Below are positions 51,703 to 59,477 of a stretch of 64,000 nucleotides of DNA, in pieces. The position numbers were made by a program, and so were the translations under genes. Source of the DNA: an uncultured Verrucomicrobiae bacterium (GTDB taxonomy: Bacteria; Verrucomicrobiota; Verrucomicrobiia; Limisphaerales; Palsa-1400); assembly GCA_963702845.1 (NCBI GenBank), contig OY969763.1, positions 4,608,001 to 4,672,000 of the forward strand. The letters run 5' to 3'. The notes under the pieces were generated by a model that saw only the letters and a list, made by a program, of their open reading frames with translations, was not told where the DNA came from and ran no database searches. The first letter of the stretch is position 1. Every line of letters begins with the position of its first letter.

Positions 51703-53133
51703 ATGTCGCTGCCACCCCAACTGTGCATCGCGCTGATCACATTCATCATGCCCTTCGCCGGCGCTGCACAACTCCGTTTCACAACCAACAACAACGCCAT
51801 CACCATCACCGGCTATACCGGAACCGATAAAAACATCGCCATTCCAAGCAACATCAACGGTTATCCCGTCACTAGCATCGGAGACTTTGCATTCGCCGCT
51901 TGTTACAGCCTCACCAATATTTTCGTTCCTTCGAGCGTTACCAATCTTAGTAATGATTCCGCTTTCATTGCATGCACAAACCTGATCGCCATCGACGTCG
52001 ACCCCGATAATCCCGTTTATTCCAGTTCAGGCGGAGTGTTGTTCGACAAAAATCAAACGACGATCGTTACCTATCCCGGTGGCCTGAGTAACTACATTAT
52101 CCCGAACACGGTCACCTCGATCGGCGATTACGCGTTCGCAAACTGTCCCAATATAACCAACGTCATCATCCCCAGCGGCGTCACCAACATTGGGCAATAT
52201 GCCTTCATCGGTGACGGCAACGTGACCAATTTTACTATTCCAGGAACGGTGACCACTTTCGGTCAATACGCGTTTGCCGGTGCGACGGTCACAAAATTCT
52301 TAATACCAAACGGTGTCGTCAACATCGGGCGCGAAGCCTTCGGTTCGACCGGCATCTCGAGCATTTTCATTCCCGCCAGCGTCACAAATATAGCGCCAGC
52401 CGCATTTGACGGTTACTATCTGACATCGATCACTGTCGACAGTAACAATCCTGCCTACAGCAGCGTTGATGGAGTCCTGTACGACATCGACCAACATACA
52501 CTCGTCGAATTTCCAGCCGCCAGGTCCGGAACCTTAATTCACCGTGGGAGCTACACCGTCCCGCAAGGCACCTCGGTGATTGGAGACGCTGCATTTCAAA
52601 ACGCATATCTCCTGAACATAACCATTCCCAGCTCCGTGACACACATCGGAGACGGAGCATTCGACGGGAGCGCGGTGAGAACTCTATTTGTTCCCGCCAG
52701 CGTCGCGTATTTTGGTTGGCTCGGCTACTGTCCAGGTTTAATCAGCATCTATTTCTATGGAAACGCTCCCATGTCCGGCACTGGCACACCGGTGTGGCAT
52801 CCCGGTAATCAACCCATAACCGCCCACTACCTGGCTGGAACAACAGGGTGGGGTTCGTATTTTCAATATCCCCAGATTCCTACCGTCCCTTGGACGCCAC
52901 CGCAGATAAAACCAATCGGGCCGGAAAACAACCCATTCGGCTCCAACTACAGTTTGGGCATGGAAATAAATTTTCCCGCCGACATCACCGTCATCATCGA
53001 AGCCTGCAATGACCTTTCCAACCCCACTTGGCAGCCCTTGCTTACCAACACAATCGGGGCCGGCCAGATGGTTTTCGTCGATCCTGACCAAACAAATTAT
53101 CCCTCCCGCTTCTACCGCCTTCGCCTGCCCTGA
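51703..53133 (+). CDS. BspA-type leucine-rich-repeat surface protein
   Basis: Signal peptide; repeats IPxSVTxIGxxAF and NPxYSSxxGVLF; C-terminal ...RFYRL domain; start ATG 51703. Confidence 0.92.
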   Translation: MSLPPQLCIALITFIMPFAGAAQLRFTTNNNAITITGYTGTDKNIAIPSNINGYPVTSIGDFAFAACYSLTNIFVPSSVTNLSNDSAFIACTNLIAIDVDPDNPVYSSSGGVLFDKNQTTIVTYPGGLSNYIIPNTVTSIGDYAFANCPNITNVIIPSGVTNIGQYAFIGDGNVTNFTIPGTVTTFGQYAFAGATVTKFLIPNGVVNIGREAFGSTGISSIFIPASVTNIAPAAFDGYYLTSITVDSNNPAYSSVDGVLYDIDQHTLVEFPAARSGTLIHRGSYTVPQGTSVIGDAAFQNAYLLNITIPSSVTHIGDGAFDGSAVRTLFVPASVAYFGWLGYCPGLISIYFYGNAPMSGTGTPVWHPGNQPITAHYLAGTTGWGSYFQYPQIPTVPWTPPQIKPIGPENNPFGSNYSLGMEINFPADITVIIEACNDLSNPTWQPLLTNTIGAGQMVFVDPDQTNYPSRFYRLRLP

Positions 53134-53153
53134 AACTATTGTGCCATCTCAAA

Positions 53154-53256
53154 CCCGGTAGGGGTGACGTATATGTAGCCCCGGGCAAGCTGACGAAACA
53201 TCAGCAGCCCATGGGTAAAAACCAAAAACGAAGTTTCACTTTCGCGAAGCGGCGAC
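53154..53256. repeat. Degenerate REP-like cluster
   Basis: Small hairpins CCC-GGTA-GGGGTGAC and TCGC-GAA-GCGGCGAC flanking TAGCCCCGGGC...GCCCATGGG. Confidence 0.35.
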
Positions 53257-53451
53257 GAAGGAGCTAACTCGTCTTCTTCTCCGTGTTTGCGTTTCTACGC
53301 CGGTGAGTCATTCTGCCGTTGCCACCACCCGCTAAAAAATCCTTCCAAACCACCTTCACCATCGTCATATTGCCGCCGACCCACCGCGACTTCTAAATCG
53401 CAGCATGGTGCTGCGCGTCGGCGGGCATTAGGAGATAGGAATTAAGGAAAT

Positions 53452-54330
53452 ATGAACGGCAACTGTTACCCTATTTATCGGCATTCCGGAAAATTCGGAA
53501 TACACGGCCCGCTCCTCGCCATCCTCGCTGCCGCCATCGTTGGTTATCCACTCGGCTTCGTCTACGTCTACGCAATCAAATGGATCAGCTTCATTTACGC
53601 CAACGTCTTCATCACCGCGTTCTATGCCTTCGCGGTAGGCCTGATCCCTGCAATGCTCCTGAAGTTTGGTAAAGTCCGCAACAACACCGTCGCCTTGCTC
53701 ACCGGAATCGTCGCTGCCGTTATCGGCTGGTATCTGAACTGGAACGCTTACCTTCACATCATGACGAGCGATGCCCCCATACTCGCGACACCGTCACAAA
53801 TCATTTCGGCAATGAAGTATTTCTACGAGCACGGCGCGTGGAAAGTCGGCCGCGTATTCGGCGAGCACTCCACCATCACCGGCATCCCGCTCGCAACCGT
53901 TTGGGTCGTCGAAGCGACCATCATCATCGCCCTCGGAGGCATCGTCGGTTGGTCAAACGTTTACCAAACACCCTTCTGCGAAACCCATGGTTGCTGGCTC
54001 GACCAGGAAAAGACCTTCGACAAACTGGACGTCTTCTCCACTCCCGACGACATCGCCGCGCTCAAAGCTGGCAACCTCGACCCGCTTGAACACGCCCAAC
54101 CACGCGTCCCCGCATCGGGCCGTTTCGCACGCGTAACGTTGCGCCATTCCCCAAAATGCGACGACTACTGCGCCTTCTCCATCGCCCACGTCACCATCAC
54201 CCACGACAAAAAAGGTGAAAAGCGCGAAACAACGCAAAAAATAATCACAAACCTCTGGGTCCCGAAAACCATGTACAACTACCTAGCCCAATTCGACCAC
54301 GCCACAGCGAAACCATTGACGGCCGCATAA
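53452..54330 (+). CDS. Hypothetical membrane protein with 4 TM helices and a Cys/His C-terminal domain
   Basis: AGGA SD; hydrophobic helices; PFCETH...HSPKC may be a degenerate Zn ribbon. Confidence 0.8.
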   Translation: MNGNCYPIYRHSGKFGIHGPLLAILAAAIVGYPLGFVYVYAIKWISFIYANVFITAFYAFAVGLIPAMLLKFGKVRNNTVALLTGIVAAVIGWYLNWNAYLHIMTSDAPILATPSQIISAMKYFYEHGAWKVGRVFGEHSTITGIPLATVWVVEATIIIALGGIVGWSNVYQTPFCETHGCWLDQEKTFDKLDVFSTPDDIAALKAGNLDPLEHAQPRVPASGRFARVTLRHSPKCDDYCAFSIAHVTITHDKKGEKRETTQKIITNLWVPKTMYNYLAQFDHATAKPLTAA

Positions 54331-54615
54331 CCAACTCGCAACCATTCAACTCTGTTTCGTGCCTTTTGCACCCCTTTGCGGCCATTTCGACTTTATGATT
54401 TGACACGTAGCAACTTCATTCGTTAGCATTCTTGACGTGTAGAGCGCCGGATACGTCCGCCCCCCGTTTGTTCTTTGAAATCCTGCATCAGAGCTCGTTT
54501 CAAAAACTTGACCGTTTCTTTACCGAAAAACGGCAGCGTTTGAAACCACCTCCCTGTAAATCAGAAACTTACAGAAAGCACCAAAACCGTCGGCCAGTTT
54601 GCAGAAACACGCAAA

Positions 54616-54657
54616 ATGTTGCTACAAGTAGCTGCTAGTAGCTACTTGTAGCAACAT
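54616..54657. repeat. Perfect 18-bp inverted repeat
   Basis: ATGTTGCTACAAGTAGCT-GCTAGT-AGCTACTTGTAGCAACAT. Confidence 0.85.
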
Positions 54658-54767
54658 CCCGCGAACTTTTTTCGGAGTGCGAGTTGCGAGATTCCCGGTA
54701 ATTGGCGCGAAACTCTCTTTTTCCGGTCGCGCTTTTGCTCCTTTGCGTCTTTGTGTCAATTCCGGAC

Positions 54768-56111
54768 CTACAAATGCTTGGCCAAAAATGTTTTCGGTAC
54801 AATCGCGTGAACTGCATCCACGATTCGGCCCTCGGTTGAGTCAGCCAACCACGCCGGCAGATCGTAATAAATCATCGCGCCACCAGCCTCATAGCCACCC
54901 TCTTTGAGGATGCGACGCGACGGGATATAACACGGAACCTCGTTCGAGTATCCGTTCACCCATAGGCGGGACTTGTCGAAATCCGTTTTCAATCGCAGTG
55001 AATAATCGACGACAACCTCACCGCAGAGAAATACCATCGCCATCTCATCGCCAAAATTCCATTCCTGCACCAGATACGGCAACTCAGTCGGTAATTCTTC
55101 AGCGCGATCCAATCGCGCGAGGTTCTTGCGTGCGTGGTAAGCGGTCGGATAATCACTTGGGCCTTTCAGCGCAGCGCGACGTTCCCATTCCTGGCGAGTC
55201 GGCAATGTTTGAAATGACAGCTCGATTCGTTTGGCGCGGCACTCGAGTTTTTGATCGAGCGGTTGAAACGATTTGGCCAACAATTCATCGACCGCTTTCG
55301 AAATTTCCTGGCCATGTTGCTTCGCGAAATCCACCGACCCACGGGGGAACGGATTGGAATCCGCCCCGCAACCCATGATGGTCATCGCAATCGCGCCGGG
55401 ATGCTGTTGTTCGATGTACTCCTGCGCGTAGCCTGCCCAGTCGGCGCAGATTTGATTGGGTTCATGCGACAACGTGGTGCAGTGACATGCATAATTAACC
55501 AGCAACGCGCGCAATTCACCGTTCGTGCCCGTGACCTTCAAGACCGGCATATCGTGATCGGTCGGCCCGTCTTTCGTGCGACGATTTCCGGCGAACCCCG
55601 CCGTGCCTTGCGCCCACGACAATGTCGCCGGCTTGCGATCGTCCAATGCAGCGAATGCGACAGCCGAAACTTTGTCGATGAACTCGCGCGTGTAACGGTC
55701 AATATGCGCCTGTTCCTCGGCCGTGGCATCCATCCCAAAAATATTATCCGCCGCACCTTTCAACTTCGGCGCCGAATGAGTGTGCGAAACACAAATGGCA
55801 AGTTTTTCAGAGCGCACGCCGCGTTTTTTTAAGCGCTGCAAAATCTCTTCGCGCACCGTCGCGGGCAAAATGCAGTTATCGACCGAGATCAAAACAGCCG
55901 GTGCTTGCCGATCGGTCCCAATGGCGAGAGCTTTGGCGAACAGGTGTTGGATGACTCCGTCGCATTCAGCTTTCCGGGCGAGATAGCCATTGAGCCGAAT
56001 CGGATAATCCGGCGTGATATCCACTCGCGCCACACCGACTTCGAAAACCGGTTCCTTCGCACAAACCGACAGCAAAGGCAAAACGCACAGGAGCGCAACG
56101 AGTGATTTCAT
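54768..56111 (-). CDS. Neutral/alkaline ceramidase-like family exported hydrolase
   Basis: VGVARVDITP, SHTHSAP, NYACHCT, GCGADSNP, GEVVVDY, EGGYE; signal peptide from ATG 56111. Confidence 0.85.
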   Translation of the reverse strand: MKSLVALLCVLPLLSVCAKEPVFEVGVARVDITPDYPIRLNGYLARKAECDGVIQHLFAKALAIGTDRQAPAVLISVDNCILPATVREEILQRLKKRGVRSEKLAICVSHTHSAPKLKGAADNIFGMDATAEEQAHIDRYTREFIDKVSAVAFAALDDRKPATLSWAQGTAGFAGNRRTKDGPTDHDMPVLKVTGTNGELRALLVNYACHCTTLSHEPNQICADWAGYAQEYIEQQHPGAIAMTIMGCGADSNPFPRGSVDFAKQHGQEISKAVDELLAKSFQPLDQKLECRAKRIELSFQTLPTRQEWERRAALKGPSDYPTAYHARKNLARLDRAEELPTELPYLVQEWNFGDEMAMVFLCGEVVVDYSLRLKTDFDKSRLWVNGYSNEVPCYIPSRRILKEGGYEAGGAMIYYDLPAWLADSTEGRIVDAVHAIVPKTFLAKHL

Positions 56112-56215
56112 CCTGGCCAGCATATTAAACGATTTCGTTCGCGACAATTTTATACATTCGCCACCTCCAAAACCGTTTTGGACAAACACCTGCGCCACTG
56201 CTAGCCTGCAAATTG

Positions 56216-56506
56216 ATGAATCTGGCAAGAAGGTTTGCGGCGCTATTACTCGTGGCTATCGCGATGGGCTGCTCGCATAAGAACATCGACACCACCCCGC
56301 TGCAAACTGCGTTTCAATCGGCGGAGGGTGACAACAAAGCTTTCATCGACCAAGGCGTGGATGCCATTTCCAAAACAAATTACCCCGTCGCATTGGAGTC
56401 ACTGGAGAAACTTGCCTATCGTCCGCACCTCACCGGTGACCAACGCAAAGCGTTGCAGGACGTCATTGGTCAACTGAAGGATCGCATCCGCAAATCGAGT
56501 AACTGA
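56216..56506 (+). CDS. Small putative lipoprotein
   Basis: Lipobox-like IAMG|C after a hydrophobic stretch; TGATG overlap with the next gene. Confidence 0.75.
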   Translation: MNLARRFAALLLVAIAMGCSHKNIDTTPLQTAFQSAEGDNKAFIDQGVDAISKTNYPVALESLEKLAYRPHLTGDQRKALQDVIGQLKDRIRKSSN

Positions 56507-57141
56507 TGAAACGCCGCGAACGAGCCTTTACGCTGATCGAACTGCTGGTGGTCATCGCCATTATTTCCATTCTCGCGAGCATGCTCCTGCCCACGCTCGG
56601 ACGCGCTAAAGAGAGGGGAAACACGATCGCCTGCGTCAACAACCTCCGGCAACTTGGCTTTTCCATGCAGTTGTACAGCGATGACAACAGCGAACGTTTG
56701 CCGACCGCTCACGGCGGCGTTCCATTTACCAGCACCGCACCTGTCCCGTGGGTTGTCCCGCTGCGTGACTATTACAAAAACACGAACATCTTGCGTTGCC
56801 GTTCGTTGTCGGTGAAATACAAGCAATCGGGCGTGAGCTATTTCATGGGTTCGCGCGCGGCGTTCATCGAATCCGGCGGCCCCGCTCCCGTCATCATGCG
56901 GAATATCTACGTTCCTTCGCTCTATATTCTATCCGGCGATTGCAACTACAACGCCGATCCCAACGACGCCGATCTCAATGACAATACCCAGGACTGCCTC
57001 TTCGATAAACCGAATCTCCCCTCACCCATTCACAACGGTCGCGTCAACGTTCTCTTCGCCGATTGGCACATCAACACCTACAAAGATTTCAAAGATAGTG
57101 AGATGACCTACTCGTTCTACAATCCCGGCGTGAACTGGTAG
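56506..57141 (+). CDS. Prepilin-type N-terminal cleavage protein with an H-X9-DG-like C-terminal motif
   Basis: [46 protein letters not shown]. Confidence 0.92.
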   Translation: MKRRERAFTLIELLVVIAIISILASMLLPTLGRAKERGNTIACVNNLRQLGFSMQLYSDDNSERLPTAHGGVPFTSTAPVPWVVPLRDYYKNTNILRCRSLSVKYKQSGVSYFMGSRAAFIESGGPAPVIMRNIYVPSLYILSGDCNYNADPNDADLNDNTQDCLFDKPNLPSPIHNGRVNVLFADWHINTYKDFKDSEMTYSFYNPGVNW

Positions 57142-57145
57142 CGGG

Positions 57146-57382
57146 CTAGAGCTTACTGTGCGAACCATCGCAGAACGGCATGTTCTTCGAGTGTTTGCAG
57201 GCACACCAGGCAATGGTTTTCTTCTCTTTGATTTCAACTTCCATCGGTCCGAGCCCCGTCCCCTCGTGCGAGCCATCGCAAAACGGCTGGCTCTTTGAAC
57301 GACCGCAAGCGCACCACCAATACGTGCCAGGCTCAACAAGTTGAACGATGGGAGATTTTTGGAAAACAACAGGATCAGCCAT
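57146..57382 (-). CDS. CDGSH iron-sulfur domain protein (two CDGSH motifs)
   Basis: [17 protein letters not shown] and [17 protein letters not shown]. Confidence 0.93.
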   Translation of the reverse strand: MADPVVFQKSPIVQLVEPGTYWWCACGRSKSQPFCDGSHEGTGLGPMEVEIKEKKTIAWCACKHSKNMPFCDGSHSKL

Positions 57383-57499
57383 ACCGCTGAATACTTGTCG
57401 CGGGCAGGTTTTGCAAGTGCGGGCTCTCAGGTCGCCACCGACAGTAAAATCTGCACTTTCACTCGATAGCAAAAACTCGCACTCATCCTAAGTTGGTGA

Positions 57500-57607
57500 G
57501 TTAATTTCCAACTGGCTTCGAGGCTGCGGAGGACCTGCAATGGTTATGAGAGCTGCGTAGCCGGTTGGCCAATCCAAGGGCCCCGCTCCGGCGGGGCTCT
57601 TCTGTTG
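57500..57607 (+). ncRNA. Candidate structured small RNA
   Basis: -10-like TAAGTT (57489-94); stem CCAACTGGCT/AGCCGGTTGG; inner hairpin with an AGGAC loop; GC-rich 3' hairpin at 57578-99; no known family recognised. Confidence 0.35.
57578..57607. terminator. GC-rich terminator-like hairpin
   Basis: GGGCCCCGC-TCCG-GCGGGGCTC then TTCTGTTG on +; could also terminate the converging aldehyde dehydrogenase gene. Confidence 0.55.
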
Positions 57608-57621
57608 TGCAAATTAAACTG

Positions 57622-59202
57622 CTACCACTTCTCGCGCGTAAATTGCCCGTCAACTATCCGCCAGATATTTCGCGGATTGTCATTCTGCAATTCCGGCGGC
57701 AACGCTGATTGCGGAAAATTTTGGAAACAAACCGGCCGCACAAATCGTTTGATTGCCCCTGTCCCGACAGAAGTGGAGCGCGAATCGGTCGTCGCAGGAT
57801 ATGGCCCGCCGTGTTGCATCGACGGACAAACTTCCACGCCAGTCGGAAAACCGTTGAACAAAAGGCGTCCGGCCTTCTGCTGCAAGATTTGGATGAGGCC
57901 GTTGTATTGCGCAAGATCCTCCTCGGTGCCATGAATCGTCGCGGTGAGTTGACCAGGCAATGATCGCGCGATGCTTTCCAACTCAGCAGGTGAGCCACAA
58001 TTCACCAGCAACGTCGCCGGTCCGAAGATTTCTTCGTGCAACTCCTGTTGCTTCAGAAAAGTATCAGCATCAGTCTGCAAAACGACAGCAGCCGCAGCCG
58101 CCAATTGCGCTGACGGCGCCGGTTTACCACTGGCTTGCACACCGCGCACATTGGAGACCTTTTCCACGCCTTCGCGATATCGCGCGCAGATATCTTGCGT
58201 GAGCATCGTGCCCGAAAACTTTTGCGCCAGCTCACTGGCTTTGCTGACCAATTCCGAAAACGCACTGCCGCGTAAACCGAATACCAGTCCCGGGTTCGTG
58301 CAAAATTGGCCAACGCCTAGCGTCACTGATTGCATCAATGCCTCCGCTATTGCCGAACCTTTGCTCTGAAGTGCACCCGGCAATACGAACACCGGATTGA
58401 TACTTCCCATTTCGGCGTAAACGGGGATTGGCTCCGGTCGTGCCGAAGCGGCGTCAAACAAAGCACGCCCGCCGCGCAACGAACCGGTAAACCCAACCGC
58501 TTTTACCGCAGGATGCCGCACCAATCGCAATCCCATTTGCCCGGTCCCTTGCAGCATTGAAAAGACTCCAGCCGGCATACCACACGCCTCGACGGCCTTC
58601 TGGACCGCGCACGCCACCAACTCCGACGTGCCCGGATGGCCACGATGCGCTTTGACGATCACAGGACAGCCGGCGGCTAGTGCTGATGCCGTATCACCGC
58701 CGGCGACCGAAAACGCCAAGGGAAAATTACTCGCGCTGAAAACGACAACTGGCCCAAGAGCAACCAACATCCGGCGCAGGTCCACTTTCGGCAACGGCTT
58801 CCGATCTGGAATTGCGCGATCAATCGTCGCCTCAGTCCACGATCCTTCGCCAATCAAGTCAGCGAATAATGTCAACTGGCCGGTCGTGCGTCCGCGTTCG
58901 CCGGTGAGCCGCGCTTCCGGTAACGCCGTTTCAGCCTTGGCGCGCTGAATCAATTCGTCGCCGAGATTGTTGATCTCCTCGGCAATGCGACGCAAAAAAT
59001 TGGAACGCTGCTCGGGAGTGGTGCGCTGGTAGATGTCGAATGCTGCGGCGGCTTCGCGGGCCGCCAGTTCGACTTCCTGGTCGGACGCCTCGCGAAAATC
59101 AGGAGTGAGCTTCTCGCCGGTGGCCGGATTGTTGTTGGAAAATATTTTTTGCCCGCCGCCGACCCAGTTGCCGGCGATGAGATTCAGTCCGGAGAGTTGC
59201 AT
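57622..59202 (-). CDS. NADP-dependent aldehyde dehydrogenase (alpha-ketoglutarate semialdehyde dehydrogenase-like)
   Basis: ASNFPLAFSVAGGDTASALAAG, GFTGS, AEMGSINP, GQFCTNPG, EEIFGP, HGGPYPA. Confidence 0.93.
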   Translation of the reverse strand: MQLSGLNLIAGNWVGGGQKIFSNNNPATGEKLTPDFREASDQEVELAAREAAAAFDIYQRTTPEQRSNFLRRIAEEINNLGDELIQRAKAETALPEARLTGERGRTTGQLTLFADLIGEGSWTEATIDRAIPDRKPLPKVDLRRMLVALGPVVVFSASNFPLAFSVAGGDTASALAAGCPVIVKAHRGHPGTSELVACAVQKAVEACGMPAGVFSMLQGTGQMGLRLVRHPAVKAVGFTGSLRGGRALFDAASARPEPIPVYAEMGSINPVFVLPGALQSKGSAIAEALMQSVTLGVGQFCTNPGLVFGLRGSAFSELVSKASELAQKFSGTMLTQDICARYREGVEKVSNVRGVQASGKPAPSAQLAAAAAVVLQTDADTFLKQQELHEEIFGPATLLVNCGSPAELESIARSLPGQLTATIHGTEEDLAQYNGLIQILQQKAGRLLFNGFPTGVEVCPSMQHGGPYPATTDSRSTSVGTGAIKRFVRPVCFQNFPQSALPPELQNDNPRNIWRIVDGQFTREKW

Positions 59203-59238
59203 GATGCGTGATCGGAGACGCGACGAAGCGCGCGTGGA

Positions 59239-59406
59239 TTATTGATTGTTGCTGGCCGCGCAGGCGAAGCTGCCAAGACCAATGGCAATGAGCAACAGCG
59301 CAAACGCGCCGAGCCAGCCGTTGGTCAGCAACACTGCCCAAACCGCGCACCAGACCCCGAAAACGGTGATGGCAAACAAAGTTATTTCTTTAGCACTACG
59401 TTCCAT
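59239..59406 (-). CDS. Small two-TM membrane protein
   Basis: 55 aa, two hydrophobic helices; fills the gap between co-oriented genes. Confidence 0.5.
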   Translation of the reverse strand: MERSAKEITLFAITVFGVWCAVWAVLLTNGWLGAFALLLIAIGLGSFACAASNNQ

Positions 59407-59477
59407 AAGGCGTTTGACACTATCCAGACAGGCTCTCGCCCGCAAGCTTATCCGCATACGGGCGCGCCAAATCGGGT

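Noticed and set aside
24878..57577. Short shared words (GCTTCGAGGCT, TAGCCGG) between the two sRNA candidates
   Set aside because: Matches are short and in opposite order, so chance is sufficient
57500..57607. SRP RNA or tmRNA fragment (ORF ends in AA-stop)
   Set aside because: No CAGG...GNRA...AGCAG SRP core and no tRNA-like acceptor or T-arm; kept only as an unclassified sRNA candidate
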